In this document: positions 12,901 through 27,900 of the stretch, in pieces
How positions within the stretch are numbered: position 1 is the first letter of the stretch
How the letters are laid out: each line of letters begins with the position of its first letter
From: Phoronis australis
Taxonomy: Eukaryota; Animalia; Phoronida
NCBI GenBank assembly: GCA_002633005.1
Contig: NMRA01000024.1
Coordinates: 1,538,780-1,602,779, forward strand
DNA length: 64,000 nt
Direction of reading: 5' to 3'
The notes under the pieces: generated by a model
Database searches by the model: none
What the model was told of the DNA's origin: nothing
The model's input: only the letters and a program-made list of their open reading frames with translations
Program-made: the position numbers and the translations under genes

Positions 12901-15900
12901 GGTAAGTGCTCTACATCAAAAGTTATTTATTGAGATCTTAGGTTGATTTATGCTTCAGTCGTGCAGAAAAAACAATGATCATACCTCAAACTATCCTTGT
13001 CTATCTTCTGCTCGTCAATGAAAAGCTTCCCAACGGATGTTTTGGTAGACTTTTTCTCCACCAGTGGCGGCCATCTTACTTTGCCGATGCGCACCGTTTT
13101 AGCTCTGCCTTCCAGATCCTCAGGTAAAGGCTCCAAGCTGTTGACTTCTTCCTCCTCTTCTGTCGCACCGACAAACTTTTCTGGAAATGAAGGTCTGGAT
13201 AATAAAGGAGACGTTGGACTGGTAACAGATTCTGAATTTGATGCGAATCGTGACCGTGGAATATTCTGAACGACATCTGAGAACCCAACTTCCTTTGGTG
13301 TTGCACTGCCATTAACTACTGGAGAGGCTTTGGAAGGAGTTGTCTTTTGAGGGGGCGGTGCCGGCTTCTGCTGAAACGATTTCTGGCGTGCACCAGCAGA
13401 CGTACTTGGCTGCGGTTCTTCGGCCTCGACAGAGGTCTTCCGCTCAAATATCCTCCGGGTGTTGCTGACGGCTGCTGCTACTGGTGGCGCCGGTGGTGGT
13501 GCAGGGGCTTGTTGAGGAACTGCTGGCTGAACAGAAGGCTGAACAACAGGTGGTTGTAGACTGGCAGCGAGATTGTAGGCGGCAGGAGCTGCAGCAGGCA
13601 CCTGACCCAGTGGATTGACAACTGGTGGCTGAACAACCAATGGCGGTTGACCACTGGCAATACCATAAGCGGTTGGCAGCTGACCCAGTGGAACAACGGG
13701 GGATGCCAACGGTCTGGGGACAGCCATCTGTGCCGTCTGTAGCTGTAGCTGTTGCAACTGCTGCTTGAGCACCTCCTGTTGGAGGCTATGCTGGAGAACC
13801 TGGTTCTCGAGAACAGTCTGTTGGAGGCTAGCCTGCAGGCTGGCTGTCTGCTGAGACTGCAACAAGGAAAAAACATGTTAAACAGCGCACCAGGGACTCA
13901 GAGTTGACTAGCAATTGCCAGAATGCATACGCATAAAGCGTTACTATAACCACACACAGAATGGAATGATGGCAAGTTACAATTTGTTAAGTCTCGAAAT
14001 TTTCAAAACGCCACACAGAAGTCTCAAGCATTTGATGCTTTTTTTTGTAAATATATAAGCCACATCTACTAAATTGTCACCTACGTGAGACATCTGTTGG
14101 TGATAATGATGAATTCCAAAATTTCGCAATTTGCAAAACAAGAGCAACGCGTAGCGTTGAAATGCGCCCACGAATGCACTGCAAATGGTGTGCTCCTAGG
14201 GTGTTTATATCATAAAAATGGCCACTACATAGTGCAAAATATTTCGAATCCATCAAAAAACTGGAAAATGTCACCGTTTTTTAACCGAAAGCTATTTACC
14301 ACATTTCAAGAAAATCCGTCAAGAAACGTTAGCAAAACGGAAAAAATGGTTAATTGCCACAAGGGGGCAGTGTTAGTCAGACCCGTCTGAAAGTCATCAT
14401 CTTAATTCCGTTGTTAACTTCATATAAGATCCTGTAGAGCATTTAGGAGATACAGCCATGTGCGCAAAAACAAACAAAACTGCCACTAGAAGGCGCCACA
14501 GTAGTCGAAGTCGACGGAAAACCATTGCCAAACGTCTTCTTTATTGTAAGAACATCATGCCAATTTTCACAATCATCCCTAGAGTGGTTCGGTTGATGAA
14601 GGGTCGGACGCCAAGAAACAGACTTGAATCTGGTAAAAATGGCCACTAGATGGCACAAAATGCCTCGAATCCATCCAAAAACGGGAGGATACATTTATCT
14701 CATTAATAGATGCCTATGTGCCAAATTTCATTAGGACCTTGTAAGATACAGAGGCAAACATAAAAAACTAAAATTGACACTAGAGGGAACAGTGGTATTC
14801 GGATCCATCCGAAACTCGTCACCCATAGGAACACACCTGCCAAATTTCAATAACATCCTGCAAGATGTTTAGAAGATACGGCCGCGGACGCAGGACGCCC
14901 AGACAGACATGACGTCAATATGCACCCAGGGGCGTATCAAAAGAACCACCACTTGATGCAGAAAAAAATAACACTACATGTCAAACAAAACACTAACAGC
15001 CTACTTGGCTAAGCAAATTTGTTACATTTTGTCACAGAATTCTCAAAATGTCACAACATGTCACAGAATTTCAAGTGTTTTCTCACAAAATGTCACCATG
15101 TCATAAGGTTTCCATTGCGTGGGGGTAATGAACTTAACTTTTTGTTCTAGACTGATGCATTATGGGACATTATGGTGTCTGATGAGACGATTTTAATTTC
15201 ACTGAATATGAAAGACATTACGTTTTATAAATTAAACAAAAATAGCTTATTTTTTTAACTCGTATACCAGCCTTGTACATTCTATTATGCTAATGCGAGA
15301 TCATTTAAAAGCATTTTAAGGTTGTGATTTCTAAAACTCTGAGTAGACCAATTTGCGATGATGGGAACCAGGACGTCATAAATCAACACTGCTTCCTGAC
15401 ACTGCACCACTGGCTATTAAAAAGTCAGTGTTTTGGTATAACCAAACGCAACAGGCTATATACGGTCACAACAATCAAACGGTACATAGCAACGTCAAGA
15501 AATGGTGTGCACAATGTAAACAATTAGAATATGTGAAATCGGAGAGTTGCACGCAACTGCCAGATATCAAACACTCTGAGTTTATATATCCACAGGGCCT
15601 AATGTCTTAACTGCTCACTCGCAGAGATTAGACTCTGACTTGAAACATTAACAATCACGTCTCATTATCCGTGTGCAAATTTGTCAGTTTACTCGAAACG
15701 TGCGATGCAATTGTCAGCGAGTCGAATTTTGAAACCCCACGCCCAGAAGGGAAGTTTTGCAAATTTCAAATATGCAAATTCGATTTAGTGTTGCCATTAC
15801 CCTTAGACTGACCTAATATTTAACGACCAACCGTGAATATAACTGGAAATTAACTCTAGGGATAGAACGTCATATTCTGCGGTTGGTCAATGATGTTGCA

Positions 15901-18900
15901 CAAAACCGCACGTGATTGTATCAGATGATCGTACCTGCAGTGCCTGCTGAACAGCGAATGCCTGGCCAGGGTCCTGGTAGAGGCCTGTGGCTGGAAGCAG
16001 TGGAGGAGTGTACATTGGAACAGTTGGTGCGAGGCTGGGCAGCTGAAGAGATGCATTGGCACCATACGACAGGCCAGCGTTGTTCTGAGGCAGTCCCAGA
16101 TTTATGCTCTGCCCAGGCTGGAAGACAATTGGGTAAAGAACTTAATGTTAGCCTTGACATTAAATATGATATGACTAAATTAAACGGCTACATATAAAAC
16201 CGCCTTCTCATATGAAATTGGTCCCAAATTAAACATTACGGAGAATTGTCATGAGGACTTGACAGGGACCTCAGGGGTCTCACACTTCACTGATTTATCC
16301 ACATTATTTTGAAAACGCTTTAACTGGTCACGCATTGTGTGTCATAAAAGAGATAAGCATACCTGCAGCTGACGCAGCAATTAGAACTGCTCTCGTTTAT
16401 CACATTGGTGTAGACTCACAGTTGAACTGTGGTTTTCTGTTGACCCCAGACCGTCTGGAGTTGCACCATGTACCAACTCCGGACGGTCTCTCATGACGAT
16501 TTATCGTTGTGCCTTTGTCAAAATGAATGTGATTTGCGGTCATAACATTGACAATTTGTAACTGCTTCAGACCTGGCTATATAAGCTGGCATGTCACAGT
16601 GTCATTTTGTGCACCAAGCATGGTTGCAAGGAATAACCAACTTAACAACTAAAAGTTAATTGCTCAATTCCACTGGTGTGCAGGTGCTGTGAAACAATGC
16701 TCATGTAGGGTATTGTATTGGACCTGTTAACATTGATATGGAACAACAAAATCTTAACAGCTCCAACTCACCATGCCAGGTAAACCCTTGCCACCTCCTT
16801 TGACTTTCTCCGCCATCAGGCGGCCATCAGACAAATGCCCGTCACCACCACCTGTTTGCTCCAGGAGACCATCCAACCATTTGTCCAAGTCGCCTGCATT
16901 CTTCTCACCTTGCGTTCCTGACTTCCCCCCTCCTCTTATATTATTTTCCAGTGTCCTGGCATCAGACAGTCCATCCACGTCGTTGCCCAAGACCGGATTG
17001 AACAGGTTCTCCAACCAGTCATCCATGTTTGTCGCACTCGAAAGGCCACCCTCCGAATGCACGGATCGGGGTCGTTGACTGATTTCGCTGCGAGACAGCT
17101 GCCTCTTGCGCAGCTGGTTGACGTTGCTAAGATTGTTAGCATTCACGTTGTCGTTGTTTGATTTGTATCTCCTGTTAAGTCTAGAATTGGACAATTCGCC
17201 ATTCGTAGGTACGCCATTGGACAAATAGCCATTAGGTGTACCATTTGGCAGATGACCATTGGGAACATGGCCATTGGGAACATGGCCATTGGGAACGTGG
17301 CCGTTGGAAACATTGCCCACCTGCACTCGGTTGATGTAGCGACTATTCAGCTTCGATCCAGACAATGGATTGCTGACATTGCCGTTCGTTATGACTGGTT
17401 CTTCCGTAACTGGGGAAGGTGGCCGTTGGGCTTGAGGAGCCCTTCGTTTGGTATACCTCTGGTTCATCTTGCTGTCTCTGGACAGGCCTGGTGTGGTGAC
17501 AACTCCTGGCCGCTGATTTAGCTTGGAGCTCTGCGACAGCAAGGAAGTCACAACTTCCTTTGTACCAGTAGTAGTGGTCACCTCAACTGGCCGGGACACG
17601 GGTACTGAAGGTGGTGGTGTACGCCGGATTGGGGGTGGTGTTTGGACTTCCTGAACATCAATGTCGAGCATATTGAAAGATTCAGGGTTGTGAGGTCTAC
17701 AATAAGAATGAATCATAATGACAGTGAAAACATCACAGGCACCACACTCATACCAATTTTTCAGTCATTTGTAATGTCATGGGTTCGACTAACAAGTTTT
17801 ATACAAGTCAGCAATCAAAAGTACCTAGTAATTGTTTAGTTTGTCATATCGTGACTGTGTGCTTAGACTTTCTAGAAAATGTATACGAGTGCGTTTGAAA
17901 GAGAGTTCCTGACAATGTATGTCTAGCCATCAATTCCCGATGATGCCTTTTGGTATATGTATTATGCATGCATTTGAGAACGATTGAACAGAGGACCTCC
18001 AAAGAAAAAGTCGCATTAAATTTGTAATCAGGCAAAACAAATAGAATAACTCCCAAAAAGATGACCAAATATTATCCACGGTTATTAAGCTCATACACGA
18101 CTTGTGAACTTACAATTCATCTGAAGAACTACGCCTGGCCTCGGTAACTCTACGCCTGTCCACAGACACCAGAAAATAAGAATTTTGTACGGGGAACTTT
18201 GGCGGAACTTCAATTTCACTTAGTAAATCCATGACATAGTCATAGCCAGCGAGTTCGTATGATGCATAGTCATCCCGAAGTTCAATTGTCCAGCCAAAGT
18301 TGTTCTCAACAATCGTGCGAAGCTGGAGTAGGTCATGGGCGAACTCTTCACCCGTTGACCATGAAGTCACATGACCCAGCATTTCCTGACCTAGAAAAGA
18401 ATACCGATAATATGATACGGCGATCTCTCACCAGAGGAAACAGGTGTATGTACCTTCTGAGGGGAGGGAAAGTCTTTGGTTGCGGGGTATGTAATTATGG
18501 TCACCTCTGGATGCCACCCATTGTCAGCAAGACAGTAAGGAGCTAAAATTAACGTTAATATTATCAAGTCATTCCAACTTTGAAGTGAAATTTTCAATCA
18601 TTGGAGGGAGGATTTTGAGCATGAGAAAGGAATTCCAAGTGATGCTTTAACATCTTTCATAAGAGATGTGGTCAAAGTTTGGCTCAAAAATCAAGCCATC
18701 AATGTCCCTGATGACCTACAAATGGTCACTGATGTCATGAAGTGCCATGTTGGTTACCTAATTCCAAATAAATGTTTTTAAAGCTTAGAATTTCCTGCAA
18801 TAAAATGAATAAATTACAAATATTGCAGTCTGTCACTGTGTGATTAAAAAACGCAACATAAAGGGACAGCCATTCGTTCAGACATACAAAGTGAACAGTA

Positions 18901-21900
18901 TCTGAGGGAGAATTTCGATGGATTGAATAAAAACCAGAAAAATGCTATTGTCCCATGGAAAGAGACACAACACTTCAGGGTTAAATGACGAGTTCAATGA
19001 GCGATTAATATCCTAAACGTGATCTCCTTTGCAAGCTCACTTACTTTGCCAACATTTACAAAGACCAGGGCTTGGGGTCTAACCTTTATACAGTCATGAA
19101 ATCGAGCTCAAAAATTGTTTTTAGCATTTTCTATTCTACATTTATATAAGCTCACGATAACTGTTGATTTTTCTATGCTCGAGTACATAAAAAATGTCCA
19201 ATCCTTATGCAAATGAAGACCCCAATATTAAAGCTAAAATTAAAATTTCGAATTTGAACAAGGTTGCAGCTCAAACTTAAGGGCCATAAAGAGTGAACTT
19301 GGACATAGAAGCTGATATGCATAAACCACTATGAACTTGAGCACGAAAAAAACGTACATTGAGTTTGCGCAAAAGTATTGTATAAAATTCCCACAATAAT
19401 TTCGAGTTTGATTTCAATTCCTAACATTAAACCCCGAGCCCTGAACACAGGAAATTACCATCAATAGACTGGATTTTAATGTAAATTAAACTTAGCACTC
19501 AAATAAAAAGTCTTGCGCTACAGCAAGACAGTTAAAGGCTGCCATTTCACCATTTCACCACCGGGACATGCAGTCAGTCTATTCCTATTCATCAGCTGGC
19601 AGCCAAAATATTTTCAGTAAGTAATGCGACACCAAACAAATTCCACCGGATCTGGTTCAGACTTCAGAGACAACAACTACAGTGAAACCTCATCAAGATG
19701 GCGCACAAGTGATTTTTATCCTCTCATCATTTGTCAAAGTTATGTTGCAGCAAATTACTGCAGTTTTGGCTTGAGTTATGCGCCATATAATTGTGGGCAG
19801 TCACAACAGAAATGAATGAAAGGGGTTATTTCTGCAATTTATTTTGCCCAAACTTTGAAAAATTTCATTATTAAGTGTTTTGGAAATTGGTTTTGAAAAT
19901 GGCAACATGGTATTGGCTACGGGTTCAAATGTCAACCATTTCTGTGAATTAGTTATTTTTTTAAAAAAAAATTTGACTTACCATCTGGGAACGTCATGGG
20001 AAGAGCCATATTCATGCGTTTCTTGGACGCCATCCACTCCAGCAAGGTAGGTGGGTAGGTGCGTGCCAGAGGGCGCTCTACCTCTGAACACTGCAGCAGT
20101 TTGTACTGACAGTAAGGTTTGTATCCATTATAACCATGGTCGGACACGTATCTGAAATCACAGTATAAGAGCTTTTAGATTGACATAATCAATACTGGGT
20201 CAGATTAATTGGTGTTTGATAGTATTTCACCAATGAATTGCAATAAGAAAGGAAATCGATACACAAATCAATTGACCTATTGCAAGCACCACCCCCCTTG
20301 CGAAATGTCGGCAAACAAACAATAGGTTTTTCCCAGCAATATGTTGTTTATCGGGCAAAATGACACCTTAGAAACGAAGGTGTGTCAAGAATGTGGCGTT
20401 CTGATTGGTCAGTTAAACAGTCACTCACTCGTGGCGATAGGTCAATAGAAACTACTAAACTAATAACAGCATATGACAACTTAATGATTATGATCAATTT
20501 TTAAGGTTAATATGTTGAAAAAACTTTGGTACATCATATCTCAGAAACGGCTTTCAGATTCATATGAAACTTACAAACACCACGCTTAATACGTTACTCT
20601 GGCGACGAAATCAGCTTCCGCTCAGCTATCACGATGAAGAATTCTGAGTCATTTTGTTTGAATACCTTTGGCGTGTACTGTATTTGACATTATTCGCATA
20701 GTGTGTCACTTACTTCAACAAATAGTTGTGGAGCGTGGGGCTGGGTGCAAAACAGCTGAGACAGCTGGCTATCAGTAGCCAGCCTCTCTCACAGTTGGTG
20801 GGGTTGGGATTCTTCCACGTCTGCGTACACAGTTGGCAGTAGATCTCGTCACGCAGCGATGGGTTCTTCAGTCCCTGAAGGAGAGAAAAGGTGTGACTGT
20901 ATATAGCAGTTGTTTGAGACAAGGCGCAATATATGACCTCAACAGGAGCTTTTGGCTAATACAAGGTTCATGCAGGCAAAAGGCAAATGGTACATGTAGC
21001 TGACTAAATATCAATATTTACTAGGGTTGGAAAAGAAAAGAAGACCCATTCGTTACATATTTGATTACATGTTTGAATGACTGTGTGAATCATTCTGTAT
21101 TAGCACCTTACAGATTGGAAATATTTTAAAAAGTAGGAGCTGTGCGAACCCTGCTAATATGAAACTAGAACAAAAAATTGACTACTGAATATAAGAGAGG
21201 GGTGCCCTTCAATCTTGAACTACAAAAAGTCCAGCTGGCAGAGCTGATTGAGGCGTAATTCAAAGTATAATACCATGCAGATGCGGATCCAAGAGGGTTC
21301 CTAGGGGTCCATACTCCCAGCTCTGCCACTAAAACAATGCTGTGATTGATGCACCTCAAATACCCCTATTAGTTCTTTGTTTGAATCCTTGGACAAAACC
21401 CTGGATCTGCTTTTGACATGGCAGCACAAGGTGAAATAATTATAAACATGGCGTTTCTGTTGCAACAAGAATGGAAACGCCAGATTCATTATATTCGAAA
21501 ATAGCACTTTAACAACTGTTACAAAAGATGAACGAAGTGAATAATTCACTGAATGAAACACAGGCATCTAGTCATATTCATATTCTAAGAAAGAAAAACA
21601 TCAATTTCCTTTCCATAATAAAATGGTTGTGATACAACAACACCTGGTCCAACAACTGTTTTAGTTTGATGCTGGACAACTATACGTTACATCCCCTATG
21701 TTTATCATTACGTATGCAGTAGCATGCTTAAGTACTTCACACAACCTAGACCTATATGTGGGCTTTGCACAGCTAATACATTATGCATGTAAATACAAAA
21801 CATAGAATTGTATTCAGACATCTCACTAAGGGATCAATTATTAGTAAATGTTGGACGTAAACAGAAGTTCGTCAGATGATGAGTCATCATATCACACAAC

Positions 21901-24900
21901 ACACGCCTACACGCATGCACACACACATACACAAACACACAAACACATTAACATTGGCAATCTTTCACACATACCAGCATATTTCATGATTCATACTCGA
22001 CATAACATTCAAAGACATTGACAGGGAAGCCAACTGTGAAACTTTCATCAAACGAATGTCATGCACGTGACAGGCGTTAATGTACCGTTTTGTCACTAGG
22101 TGGAATTGTTGCACTGCTGGGTGCTGATTGAAATGTATCGCTTTATAACATCTAAGACATGAGATTTAAAAGTATTACAAAAGCATTTTTAAATCATGCA
22201 TTGACATAGGCCTGTGCACAGCAATGCAAGTATTGCAGTAAAGTTTCCAGTCATTCATCCATTTCTTTGTTTCACAGAGAAAACAATAGTTACTCTAATT
22301 TATTTCTTCTGTTCACACAACTAACCAAAGACACAAAATTAATGACGAGATAATCGTGATATTGCAATTCATGTGCTAAGCAGCTTTTACAGAAGCAGCT
22401 CGTCAAAATAACCGAATCTCAAAATCATTTGCTCATTTTACGGACATATCCGAAAGCAATTAATGAGAGTCTGACAGGTGTTTCAAAAACCCAACCTTTG
22501 ATTCTGTTTTGTAACACTCACCTGCTGAACAATGTAGTTTCCCACGACTATTTCTTTCTTGCCAATCAGGTGAGCATCGTTCATGAACCTCATTACCTGA
22601 AACAAGGTGTTCGACAGCGGTCACTTTAGGAAGTGAGAGACATTTTACGTGCAATGGATTGTGGAAATCTATACACTTCACAGCAGGCAAAACGTGAATA
22701 TTTCTCGTCACCAGCTGGCGAGAAGAAGTTCCATAAAGCTCTATTCTGGGAGAATGAACAACAGTTTTGGTCTAATAGTAAATTTTCAAAATCAAAACCA
22801 GAAAAAAATTACAAAATTAAAGCCCCTATCGATGACATCCACCCAATTCATGGACATTCACACAAAGCATAGAGCAGTGTTCTCAACTGTTACTTCCATC
22901 AACCTATCATTGATGACATGGCAAAAAACGGAGTTTCCTGACATGTAACCATAGTTAACTAAGCCGAATGAAATAGTACATCATCGGTAAGAACCTGTGA
23001 AGGAAACGTTTATTACTTTAAATCATATCATCACCAGGTCACATTTACCGAGCTATGTACAGGTACTTGTTGTAAAAGGAACCATTTGAAACTGCAAAAA
23101 ATTGCCAAAACTGTCCTCTTTGTTCTTCAAGAACTTCTAACAATGCTGTGAATTCCCAATTTTTTCAAAATGTTTTCTGATGGTAGCTATGACACAGAAT
23201 CTGAACATGGTAAAGAATTATTTTGGGAATAACGAAAAAACGAAACAAAAATTCACTTGTCCACCGCATGTCCTAAATAGGTGAGATTTTAATGCATGTT
23301 TTATTCTGAGCATCACGCGACAATAGTCAATAAACACCAGTTTAGGTAAACATTATTTTTAAACATATTCAGAACTGAAGTTCATGCTTGATATTTAGCA
23401 TTCTACTTCCATTTGATTAGTCGCATTTAAAAGTCTTGCAAACTTAAGACAGGCAACTTTGTCCCAAGCTAGAGGTGAGTAACACACAGCTTTTCCATAT
23501 CATCTAACTCCAAGCACACCGCCAGAAATGCACCAAAGTAATTGATACCTTCATATCATCATAATCCTACAAAACTAAACTAAGCAGGTGTTTTTTCAGA
23601 CCAATTATAACTGCGAGCTATGAACAAGGGCATTGTAAAACTGCTAGCTTTAGACAACAAGATTTTCATGTAATAAACCATTTTTATACATTACAAAACA
23701 GACATACGTTGATTTCCAATTTTCAAAAAAATACCTCATTTTAGAAATTGAAAAAAAATCTAAAACTTGGGCACTGGATCCATGAGTTAAAAACACCACA
23801 TTACCAGGTCATAACAAAAAATGATGTACAAAATGGAAATTCTATAACAAACTAGTTAAATAGTGAATATTTCCGACCGAGGATAAACTTTCCTCTGCCA
23901 TATCATGTTTCTTGTTATCAACTGCAATTGAACACAGGCAATAGCTTACTTTATTTATCTTCTGGAAACCTGGAAATGTTAATTGCATATTCCAGGCCAA
24001 AGTAATTAATCACATTTTCGGAATTCAAATCTCATGCGTGACAGATGCAATTTTATTGTGATGGATGTATGATTCACAGAACTTGCACAAGCCATATCTC
24101 TCTTCCCTAGATCCCACTTTGTCGTGTTTTGCTGATATTGGCTCCTCCATTTGAAGGTTGCAGTTTCCAATCCTGAGGGCATGTTATTTTTTAACTAAAT
24201 TCGAACACACTGCATTCTAAATGGTAGACTGTCCTTGGACATCGTTTATATTTACAACAAAATTCTTGGTCGTTCTCTCGCATCTATCCACCATTGTAAG
24301 GACACTATGAAATCATGGTATATAGCCTGTCAGAATTTAAATCGAGACCACGCGTAGTTTTGGTCGATCATCATTTTCCCTTTTAAAAGATTTTCATATA
24401 AATGTACATCAGCCATTTCTATGAATTCATAAGAATGGTATGGTATCATATACATGACTGACAAGGATTCATAGTAAAGGTTGATAAAATTTTTAATTCA
24501 AGGCGATAAAATTATTTCATTTTTTATCACTAATCAACGATAAAAGATCAGAACAGAATGACGCTACGAAAGATGATCACACTGATATCCGACGGTCATT
24601 CATCATCAACCTGATAAAAAATCATATCAACCAAAATAGGGGCGACTCCCAAATGGCATTCGGAGTTCAAAACAAGACCTCGTCTCCAGAGTAGCCATGA
24701 AAGACCTTGCTCTATAAAGGTATTCTGTATCTAAAAACAGAGTTTTCAAAACATAAAAGCGTGATGTAGCCAAAAGGTGGCATGCGGGCCAGATTTAACA
24801 TATTTGCGATCCCTGAAAATGAGGCACACTTGAAAAAACAGTAATTTCACATCCAACTTAAACGAGTTATACTCACAAGCTGGAAGATCGCAATGGAGAG

Positions 24901-27900
24901 TTTTGCCTCTGGCTTTGTCTGCTTCTGTAGAAACGGACTTTTCACTGGCATCTTCTTCATCTCCCATACGTGTTTCTGAAATTCAGTTTCGTCAATTTTT
25001 GTACAGTATTTCTTTAACAGCGTTTCTGTAGCCAGCCCCAAAGGATTGCTTTATTTTTCAAGTCACAATTCATATTCTTATCAAAATTCATCAACAATTA
25101 AACCAACTGAAAACATTGGACAACACAAGGGCCATGCATTGACCAACAAGTGTGGAACTGGAAAAACAAAATTTATAATTATTTCTAACATTATTTCGCT
25201 TTATTTCTTTTATTTTTTATTTCATGTGCTAAAAAGATTGCAGCAGAGTTGAAATAACAACATACAACATTTCATATACATTTTCTCAAAAAAACCAAAT
25301 AGCTTACTATAAAAGGCATCAACAAATCATGTGTTGAGGAAAAATGGTAACGAAATACATTTCGCGCAACAGATTAACATCGAACTGAAGGAGGAAGATT
25401 GCTGCAAAATTTAAACATTTACTGTAACAATTAATCGTTCACTGAGTATTCAAGATAACAAAAAAAGAAGAAAAAGAACGCCATGTTGGATTACCTGATC
25501 AAAAGCAAACAAATGCGCCAATACAATATTGATTACCGCATGCTCTCAAGATGGAGACGAAATTAAAACAACCACTCAGTTGAAATAAAAACAACTTATA
25601 CCATTCAAGACAAGGGGTCACCTAGAGAGAGTGAGAGCAGGTGTTTTGACAAGTTAATTTTAAAAATGATAACACAGCTATGACAGGTAGCTTAACATAC
25701 AGCCACCCCAAACTGTTACATCAATCTGTTTAACAGCCTACAATGGCTGACCTTCTAAGCAAACAGCAGCTAACCACCATTATGTAATATGTACACTTAA
25801 ACACTAAATGATGTTTGTTGATTATACATGACCTGAGTGAGCACACTGGCTACCCGTTTTTAGTAATTAAGGATGACATCTAGGAGTGCAAAATAAGAGA
25901 ATCTAAAAGCGCCACCGCTTTTGCCTTAATGGTATCATGTCTAGATACCGCAGTCTTATTAGTGGCCCTCAAACTACCACACAGCTTTAATCTCTGACTA
26001 TGATCATAAAGCAACTGGGGCGACCTCTCGTGGACAATGTTCGAAGTCTTGAGTGAAGAGAAGTATTGTGCTGTTTGTTGTTTTCAACGTCTAAACTTGA
26101 CGTTTTTCTATTTCCATGACTTCTGACTTGATGAATCAGAAAGAACTTATACACACGAGTAAGACTAGCGACCAATTTACATATGAAGACATATTCACTA
26201 GGAGACCATCGCATACGTACACCTAACAGTGAATGCCAAAAGCAAACTGCGAAAAAATTTTCCCCTCAGTCATTACAACTAATCCAATAACAGCAAAAAT
26301 GATGGGTAATAACTCCTTATTCAGACCAAATGCTAACAAGCGTATAACTTTTCCAGTAATTTCCCGTTACTCTAAGTCCTGCTAGCTCTCAACTTCCATG
26401 GCAAGGAATTCTGGGTCATTTATGGTGTGTGCTATTGCCTCAGGGAGATTGACAAATCCAGACCTGTTCAAATAACGAAGGCGCATCCAGCTCTTTACAA
26501 AAGGGGATGTCCATGAAAAACAATATTAGGTTTCTTAAGAGAATTCTACATCGCAAGCTATGAGTAGAAAACAGACAATGAAATGTAGCGTCGTGATCTA
26601 CAATTTGGCTCAAAACGGGTCTAAACAAAATCCCCGCCCCGCCCCAACCTCTCCTCTTGACCCACCTACAGCCTGCACGGCAAAAAATGCTGTGTGAATA
26701 ATGATAAAATTACAAACCATCGATAGAAAAACAACAAGGCTCACCTTAAAGTAGACATTTGTATACTTTGTGAACGCATATGAGTTCAAGCCTGTGGGCA
26801 AATGGTAGCTGGCTTCTCGAACTGAAACATTCTGCGTCTGTATGATGTGTCGGTCGTCATGAACAAGTGACCAATCTGCAAAAAACAGACATGTCCCTTC
26901 ACTGCTACGATATCTAGCATCAAAACAAAGCCATCCAAAACANATACATGCCAATTTTCACAATCATCCTTTGAGCGGTTTGGTTGATAGAGGGGTGGAC
27001 GCACAAAAACAGACTCGAAAACACTAAAAATGGCCACTAGGTGGCGCAAACTATGTCGAATCCATCTGAAAACGGGAGGATAGCGTCATCTCACTAATAG
27101 GTGCCTACATACCAAATTTCATGAAAATCCAATAAGGACTTGTGAAGATACAAAGGTAAGCGTAAAAAAATTAAAATTGCCACTAGGGGGCACACCGGTA
27201 GTCGGATCCGTCCAAAAGTTCGCACATGCCGTCCCATTCATGAATGGAACATATGTGCCAAATTTCATGAACGTATGTCAAAGGGTTTTGGAGATAGAGC
27301 AGCGGACGCCGGACGCCGGACGGACGCCGCCCGGACGGACGGACGGACGGACGGACGGACAGAGATGACGGCATAATGCGTCCACATATAAATATGTGGG
27401 CACATAAAAATGCTTCAGAAAATCACAGATGGTCTAGCTCAACCCTTCCAAACATTGTCCGATCCAATTCTGACAGAGGTCAACTCTCAATTCCAAGTCA
27501 GTGTTTTGACTGGAGCTATCACTGCAAGGAAATTGTTCAGTCACGATTTTGATGGACTTAATTAGCATATTTCTTGATTTTATGTTTTAAACTTTAACAT
27601 CATAGCGTTAGAATTTAAAAGTGTTGCCACAAACATGTGTGACTGTAATAGCAGGATGAACAAACAGCTGCGGCATATATTAATGCAATTGACTCGTGAA
27701 TTAAACAATTAATCACTATATAGGTTGTAAATTCATCAATATTGCAATCAGATAATATTATAAATTAAATTGCATGTTCCGTGATACAAGAACAGTGCCA
27801 CTGACCTACATACCAATTACCATGTATACCACACAGCCATTGTAGTAATTTCAATGGTAAATCAATAGCAACAATAATAAAAACAGCTGTCAAAAAGTCA

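Noticed and set aside
12997-17521. Plus-strand ORFs (12997, 13347, 15916, 16773, 17252) as an antisense gene
   Set aside because: Shadows of GC-richer minus-strand myosin exons; no recognisable domains.
21976-22036. Cryptic exon with good AG/GT sites in the MyTH4 intron
   Set aside because: Length is not a multiple of 3 and flanking exons already join seamlessly.
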